Positions 58,891-64,000 of a DNA stretch of 64,000 nt are shown here, piece by piece (position 1 is the first letter of the stretch; the number at the start of each line of letters is the position of its first letter). The stretch is from an uncultured Planctomycetales bacterium (lineage in GTDB: Bacteria; Planctomycetota; Phycisphaerae; UBA1845; PWPN01). The translations under genes and the position numbers were made by a program. The stretch spans positions 1,174 to 65,173 of the forward strand of contig CAYNYK010000009.1 of assembly GCA_964401335.1 (NCBI GenBank), given 5' to 3'. The notes under the pieces were generated by a model. That model worked only from the letters and a program-made list of their open reading frames with translations, did no database searches and was not told the origin of the DNA.

Positions 58891-60147
58891 TCATGCCTTC
58901 CCGCGGTGTTTACCTTTCACCGGTTTACGCGAGGCGGTCTGTCGCTGCACGATGCCGTTGACCTTCATGGGCAGTCCGAACAAGCGGATGAATCCGATCG
59001 CGTCGGTGGAATCGTATTCGGCCCCCATCGTGAAGCTGGCCAGGGCCGGCATGTACATGGAGTATTGGCTCTTGACCCCGACGGCCCGACAGTTGCCCTT
59101 GTACAGCTTGATTCTGGCCGTACCGGTCATCGGCTTGGCCAGCCGGGCGAAGAAGGCGTCCAACGCCTCGCGTAACGGCGTGTACCATTGGCCGTAATAG
59201 ACCAACTCCGCGTAGCGCAGCATAATCTGTTGTTTGTAGTGCAACGTTTCCCGGTCCAGGCAGACCGTTTCCAAGGCCCGATGCCCTTCATAAATGATCG
59301 TGCCGCCCGGCGTCTCATACACCCCGCGTGATTTCATGCCTACCAACCGGTTTTCCACCAGGTCCACTTGGCCGATCGCGTGTTTGCCGCCCAGGGCGTT
59401 AAGCGTTTGGATCAGCTTTACCCCATCCATCTTCTTGCCGTTGATCCCTACCGGTACGCCCGCCTCGAAATCAACCTCCACATACGCGGGGCGGTTGGGG
59501 GCTTTTTCGATGGGCACGCTGAGAACCAGCATCCGGTCTTTCGGCTCGTTCCAGGTGCTTTCCAATTCCGCCCCTTCATGCGAAATATGCCAGAGATTGC
59601 GGTCACGCGAGTAAATACTTTTCTTGGATTGTTCGATGGGAATGCCGCGGGCCATCGCGTAATCAATCGCCGCCTCCCGACTGCGCAGCTCAAAGCGCGG
59701 GTCTTTCCACGGCGCGATGATCTTCAGCGACGGGTCGAGGGCCATATAGGTCAACTCGAAACGCACCTGGTCGTTGCCCTTGCCCGTCGCCCCGTGAGCC
59801 ACGGCGTCCGCCCCGAACTCGTGGGCGACCCGCACCTGCTCCTTGGCGATCAGTGGCCTGGCGATCGACGTTCCCAGCATGTATTTCCGTTCGTAAATTG
59901 CTCCGCTGCGGACCATCGGCCACAGAAAATCGTTCACGAATTCGCTCCGCAGATCGCGGACCACGCACTCGCTCGCCCCGCTGTTCAGGGCTTTCTTGCG
60001 GATCGCCTTCAACTCATCGCCCTGCCCCAGCTCGGCCGCATAGGCAATGACTTCGCAATCGTAAGTTTCGCGAATCCACGGCAGGATGACGCTGGTGTCC
60101 AGTCCGCCGGAGTAGGCCAATACCACTTTTTTCACATTCGTCGCCAT
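58891..60147 (-). CDS. argG: Argininosuccinate synthase
   Basis: VVLAYSGGLDTS, GTSIARPLIA, HGATGKGNDQVRFE, SRDRNLWHISHEG, ENRLVGMKSRGVYETPG. Confidence 0.98.
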   Translation of the reverse strand: MATNVKKVVLAYSGGLDTSVILPWIRETYDCEVIAYAAELGQGDELKAIRKKALNSGASECVVRDLRSEFVNDFLWPMVRSGAIYERKYMLGTSIARPLIAKEQVRVAHEFGADAVAHGATGKGNDQVRFELTYMALDPSLKIIAPWKDPRFELRSREAAIDYAMARGIPIEQSKKSIYSRDRNLWHISHEGAELESTWNEPKDRMLVLSVPIEKAPNRPAYVEVDFEAGVPVGINGKKMDGVKLIQTLNALGGKHAIGQVDLVENRLVGMKSRGVYETPGGTIIYEGHRALETVCLDRETLHYKQQIMLRYAELVYYGQWYTPLREALDAFFARLAKPMTGTARIKLYKGNCRAVGVKSQYSMYMPALASFTMGAEYDSTDAIGFIRLFGLPMKVNGIVQRQTASRKPVKGKHRGKA

Positions 60148-60207
60148 TATGCGATTCCTCTATATGCTCCAAACTCATTTTCCCTCGTCGGCTCAAGCAC
60201 AAACAAG

Positions 60208-60337
60208 GGACAATCTAACCAGCCCGCAGCGCGAGCAAGGGTCCACCAGCCCGAAGCAGTTTACCAAGCTTGCCTCGCTCGCCACGGCGGAGCCCTGCGG
60301 AGCCGGGCCTGGGCGGGCCGCAGCGGGCGAGCGAGGG
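60208..60337. repeat. REP-like family 1 cluster between aroE and argG
   Basis: ACCAGCCCGCAGCGCGAGCAAGGGTCCACCAGCCCGA plus the inverted pair CCTCGCTCGCC (60273)/GGCGAGCGAGG (60326). Confidence 0.75.
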
Positions 60338-60367
60338 AAACTCAACAAAACAGGACGACCATGATAC

Positions 60368-61468
60368 TCATTGGCGGGGTTTCGACAACTGTTCGAGGAC
60401 GATATTCCGCATGATCTGGACCGGCGCGGGCCGTTCCGTCCAACGCTCAAACTGTCCGACGGCCTGGTTGACGAACATGGTTACGCCGTCGATCGTCCGG
60501 CAGCCGGCCGCCTTGGCCTCGCGCAACAGGCGGGTTTCCACGGGGTTGTACACGGTATCGAACACCGCCGGCCGGTGGCGCAGCCCCTCTTTCGGTAGGG
60601 GCGTGGCGTCCACCTCCGGCCACATGCCGATGCTCGTGCAATTGATGATTGCGTCGCCCGTGTTCTGTATCCTTTGCTCATTCGGCAGGGCGGTGGCTCC
60701 GAACTCGGCCGCCAAAGCGTCAGCTTTTTCCTTTGTCCGGTTGTAGATGGTGACCTTGGCGCCGCAATCCCGCAGGCCGGCCACGATTGCCCGACTTACT
60801 CCGCCGGCACCGAGGACGGCTACCGAAAGGTTTTTCAACTCCATCGGCTTAATGCCCATGCCGACACATAAAGCATCCAGGGCACCGCGATAATCAGTGT
60901 TGTAGGCACTGATCCGGGCGTCGGAGCCATCGGCCTCGCGTCCCGGCTCGATGCACAACGTGTTGGCCACCCCGATCCGCCGGGCCAACGGCTCGATGAA
61001 GCCGCCGCGCTCCTGCACGTAGCGGAGCAGGTTTTCCTTGTGCGGGATGGTTACGCTGCAGCCGTGCAGGTTCAGCCACGGCCGGGTAATGCAGAAATCC
61101 ACGAAGGCCTTGAACGAGGCGTAATCCGGCTCGACGCGAAACGGCAGATACACACCGTTGTAGTCCGTTTCCGCAAAGGCCGCGTTATGAATCGCCGGGC
61201 TCATCGAATGGGCGATCGGACAGCCGATCACGCCGTACACGCGCGTATCCGGCCGTAGCGCGAGTCGGGCTGGTAGACCCTTGCTCGCGCTGCGGTCTGG
61301 AAGTCCTGCTCCCTTCGAGGTGAATGGGATATCCAAGCCGAGAATCCTGCCCCATACGCAGGCTACGACGACGTTCTCCACCGTGGTTAATGTCGCAACA
61401 GGCGCGGAGGTTCCCCCTTTCCAAAGCCCTTCCACCATACGCAGGATATCCAATATCGTCTCCGCCAT
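60368..61468 (-). CDS. aroE: Shikimate dehydrogenase with non-homologous N-terminal extension
   Basis: VYGVIG.PIAHSMSP.IHN, SVTIPHKE, NTDY, VLGAGGVSRA, INCTSIGM, FDTVYNP, GVTMFVNQA; homology begins about 61257. Confidence 0.88.
   Translation of the reverse strand: MAETILDILRMVEGLWKGGTSAPVATLTTVENVVVACVWGRILGLDIPFTSKGAGLPDRSASKGLPARLALRPDTRVYGVIGCPIAHSMSPAIHNAAFAETDYNGVYLPFRVEPDYASFKAFVDFCITRPWLNLHGCSVTIPHKENLLRYVQERGGFIEPLARRIGVANTLCIEPGREADGSDARISAYNTDYRGALDALCVGMGIKPMELKNLSVAVLGAGGVSRAIVAGLRDCGAKVTIYNRTKEKADALAAEFGATALPNEQRIQNTGDAIINCTSIGMWPEVDATPLPKEGLRHRPAVFDTVYNPVETRLLREAKAAGCRTIDGVTMFVNQAVGQFERWTERPAPVQIMRNIVLEQLSKPRQ
61265..61300. repeat. REP-like family 1 copy inside the aroE reading frame
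   Basis: TCGGGCTGGTAGACCCTTGCTCGCGCTGCGGTCTGG, near-exact reverse complement of the 60.2 kb copy. Confidence 0.75.
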
Positions 61469-61612
61469 GGTCATTCGCCGAACAATAAACAAAAAAATCG
61501 GGATTCAACAAAACTATTGCATAATTGTGCCCTATTGCGATAGAAATCCAACTCCAAGCATTTTCTGACATCGAGCAAATCGGGACCAAACCCGTCAACC
61601 GCATGATACGGT

Positions 61613-61930
61613 CTATTGTTCAAACCGATGTGGTTGACGCCGTTTCCCGTGACGGATGGTGATAACGTCGACCACCCCTTGTGCATCGTTGACGCGGTAG
61701 TAGAGGATGAACGGGACTACCGGCATTCGTCTTACCGTCTCACTGATTGAATGTCGTCCTTGATACACTTCGTTTCGATAGGGGAAATGTTCCAAGCTAT
61801 CGATTGCCGACATCAGTCGACGGAGAGCGGCTCGCGCGTTCTGTGGAGAATCGCTTTCGATGTATCGGAAAATATCTTCAATATCAGACAACGCTCGGGG
61901 CGAAATAATCACTCGGAAGCGATCGGGCAT
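61613..61930 (-). CDS. Type II TA toxin, RelE/ParE family
   Basis: VIISPRALSDIEDIFRYI...AIDSLEHFP...ILYYRV..V.VITIRHGKR. Confidence 0.9.
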   Translation of the reverse strand: MPDRFRVIISPRALSDIEDIFRYIESDSPQNARAALRRLMSAIDSLEHFPYRNEVYQGRHSISETVRRMPVVPFILYYRVNDAQGVVDVITIRHGKRRQPHRFEQ

Positions 61931-61936
61931 ATACGT

Positions 61937-62191
61937 TTACTCGCTCAGGTAACGATCCCGCAGGTCTGCTCGGGCCTTTTCCCAGGCACGGCCTTCGCCG
62001 CGATTCAGTTGGGCCAGACCCTCTTCGATTGCGGACAGATCATCATCATCGAGTTCCTGATGGAGAAGCTCGTCTTCAACTCGCAACCGGGAAACGGCCT
62101 CATTGATGGCCTCATCGACCGAATCGTAGCGACCGATTTTCACCTGGTTCTCTATGAATTGCTTAATGTCGGGTTTCAATTGCACGTCCAT
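61937..62191 (-). CDS. Type II TA antitoxin, ParD-like RHH
   Basis: QFIENQVKIGRYDSVDEAINEAV; acidic C-terminus; directly upstream of the toxin. Confidence 0.88.
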   Translation of the reverse strand: MDVQLKPDIKQFIENQVKIGRYDSVDEAINEAVSRLRVEDELLHQELDDDDLSAIEEGLAQLNRGEGRAWEKARADLRDRYLSE

Positions 62192-62269
62192 CGGTTTTCT
62201 CCGGATGCTTTGGCACCACTATTATTGTAGCCTTTTCATGCTTTTACCCGCAAGTATGACGGATCGTTC

Positions 62270-63862
62270 TCACGGCGAAGCCGTTTTCTCCTTCCGGGCG
62301 CTGCTTTGCATGCCGACGATGGCCCGATTGATCGCGGTCAGGTATGCCAGGGCGCTGGCCTCGATGATGTCCGTGGAGCGCCCGCGGCCGCGATACACCT
62401 GTCCGCCGGCCTCCAGTTCGAGATGCACTTCGCCTTGCGCGTCCCGTCCGCCGGTCACCGCCCGAAGGTCGTACTCCTTCAATTCGACCTCCATGTTCGT
62501 CAGTTGCATGATGCAGGAAAAAGCGGCGTCGATCGGCCCGTCGCCGGTGGCCGCGCCCGTAACCGTCGTCTGGTCATGCAGGTTCCGCAGACAGACGGTG
62601 GCCGTCGGTACCACGCCCGTCCCGCCGATGGTTTGCAGGCTGACCAGTTCCCACGAACGCTGATCGGCCTTACCCTCCAACACGTTGCCGACCAGGGCTT
62701 CAAGGTCCTCGTCGAAAATTTCCTTCTTCCGGTCGGCCAGTTGCTTGAACTGCTCGAACACCTGGTCGAGGATGGCGTCATCCAGTTCGTAGCCCAGTTT
62801 CTCCAAACGCTCGCGCAAAGCATGGCGGCCGCTATGCTTGCCCAGCACCAGCTTCGATGCGGGAATGCCCACGTCCTCGGGATTCATGATCTCGTAGGTC
62901 TCCCGGTGAGCCAGCACCCCGTGCTGATGGATACCCGCTTCATGGGCGAACGCGTTTTCGCCCACGATGGCCTTGTTCCGCTGCACGTGGATGCCGGTCA
63001 GCGTGCTGACCAGACGCGAGACCGGATAGATACGGCGGGTGTTGATCCGCGTGCGGCACTTGTATACATCATGCCGCGTATGCAAGGCCATCACGACCTC
63101 TTCGAGACTCGCGTTGCCCGCTCGCTCGCCTAAACCGTTGATCGTGCATTCCACCTGGCGGGCGCCGGCTTGCACGGCCGCCAGCGAGTTGGCCACGGCC
63201 AGGCCCAGATCGTTGTGACAATGCACGCTGATCACCGCCCGGTCGATGTTTTTCACCGTCGCGAACAGATGCTCGATGATGCGCGTGAAATGTCCCGGCG
63301 TCGAATAGCCTACCGTGTCGGGGATATTCACCGTGGTTGCCCCCGCGTCGATCACCGCCTCGACCACCTGGGTCAGGAAGGGCAGCTCCGTGCGCGAGGC
63401 GTCCTCCGGCGAGAATTCCACGTCCTGCACGTGACTTTTGGCCTGCTGCACCCCTTCCACGCTTAGCTTGATGATTTCCTCCTCGGCTCGCTTGAGCTTG
63501 TACTGCCGATGAATGGCCGAGGTCGCGCAAAAAACGTGAATGCGCGGATGAGCCGCGTCCTTGACCGCCGCCGCCGCCCGCTCGATGTCCTTTTCCGTGC
63601 AGCGGGCCAGGGCCGCGACCGAGCAATGGTTGATCACGTCACTGATCGCCCGCACCGCGTCAAAATCGTCCGGCGAACTGATTGGGAAACCCGCCTCGAT
63701 GATATCCACGTTGAGTAATTCGAGCTGACGGGCGATCTCCAGTTTTTCGGAAGTATTCAACGATGCGCCGGGCGATTGTTCGCCGTCGCGCAGCGTGGTG
63801 TCAAAGATCCGGATCATACCGACCTCATCCCAAACTCCCGATTTTTCCGCCGTGCTCGTCAT
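62270..63862 (-). CDS. leuA: 2-isopropylmalate synthase
   Basis: IFDTTLRDGEQ, SVHCHNDLGLA, INGLGERAGNA, AFAHEAGIHQHG, LGKHSGRHA, regulatory domain GDGPIDAA. Confidence 0.97.
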   Translation of the reverse strand: MTSTAEKSGVWDEVGMIRIFDTTLRDGEQSPGASLNTSEKLEIARQLELLNVDIIEAGFPISSPDDFDAVRAISDVINHCSVAALARCTEKDIERAAAAVKDAAHPRIHVFCATSAIHRQYKLKRAEEEIIKLSVEGVQQAKSHVQDVEFSPEDASRTELPFLTQVVEAVIDAGATTVNIPDTVGYSTPGHFTRIIEHLFATVKNIDRAVISVHCHNDLGLAVANSLAAVQAGARQVECTINGLGERAGNASLEEVVMALHTRHDVYKCRTRINTRRIYPVSRLVSTLTGIHVQRNKAIVGENAFAHEAGIHQHGVLAHRETYEIMNPEDVGIPASKLVLGKHSGRHALRERLEKLGYELDDAILDQVFEQFKQLADRKKEIFDEDLEALVGNVLEGKADQRSWELVSLQTIGGTGVVPTATVCLRNLHDQTTVTGAATGDGPIDAAFSCIMQLTNMEVELKEYDLRAVTGGRDAQGEVHLELEAGGQVYRGRGRSTDIIEASALAYLTAINRAIVGMQSSARKEKTASP

Positions 63863-63952
63863 GACTCGATTCCTCCAGACTGCATACTTGCCGACACGTT
63901 AGCCGACCGGCGGTCCGCCCGCCAGTCGGTTTCCGTTGTCGAAGCGCCCAAT

Positions 63953-63985
63953 AAAAAAGGCCCCACGCTTTTCCGCGCGGGGCCT
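63953..63985 (-). terminator. Intrinsic terminator ~90 nt upstream of leuA
   Basis: Minus strand AGGCCCCGCGC-GGAAAA-GCGTGGGGCCT-TTTTT; the G-U pair forms only on the minus strand. Confidence 0.75.
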
Positions 63986-64000
63986 GGAATATCGAAACGG

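Noticed and set aside
61613-62191. ParDE pair as a novel defence system
   Set aside because: An ordinary type II TA module; noted only for its position next to the rearranged aroE.

Overview
A GC-rich bacterial window whose gene content and repeats point to Planctomycetota, probably Phycisphaerae. This is inferred from the prepilin-type H-X9-DG protein, many large secreted carbohydrate-active proteins and REP-like repeats. Housekeeping genes are rpmE, prfA, hisA, trpB2, argG, aroE and leuA. Accessory functions include an RND efflux pair, a sugar porter, an OprB porin, an Nramp-like transporter, an orphan histidine kinase, two URO-D/MtaA-family proteins, an intact ParDE toxin-antitoxin (TA) pair and an MNT-HEPN pair with a truncated toxin. 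The most notable region is 39-59 kb, a block of secreted proteins: a transglutaminase fusion, a ThuA-DUF1080-TIM fusion, a GH-like TIM barrel, a 1293-aa heparinase II/III-like protein, an AT-rich DUF1559-type pilin-like gene, and three tandem ~880-aa paralogues of an uncharacterised toroid-CARDB-CBM9-like protein. The three copies differ at one candidate active-site motif. The window also holds several REP-like repeat families (one copy inside the aroE frame, one colliding with the HEPN gene), a nested-hairpin intergenic element upstream of rpmE, an AT-rich GAF-like island and a start-less zinc-ribbon ORF. I found no rRNA, tRNA, CRISPR array or transposase. All family assignments come from motif recognition by eye; no database search was run.
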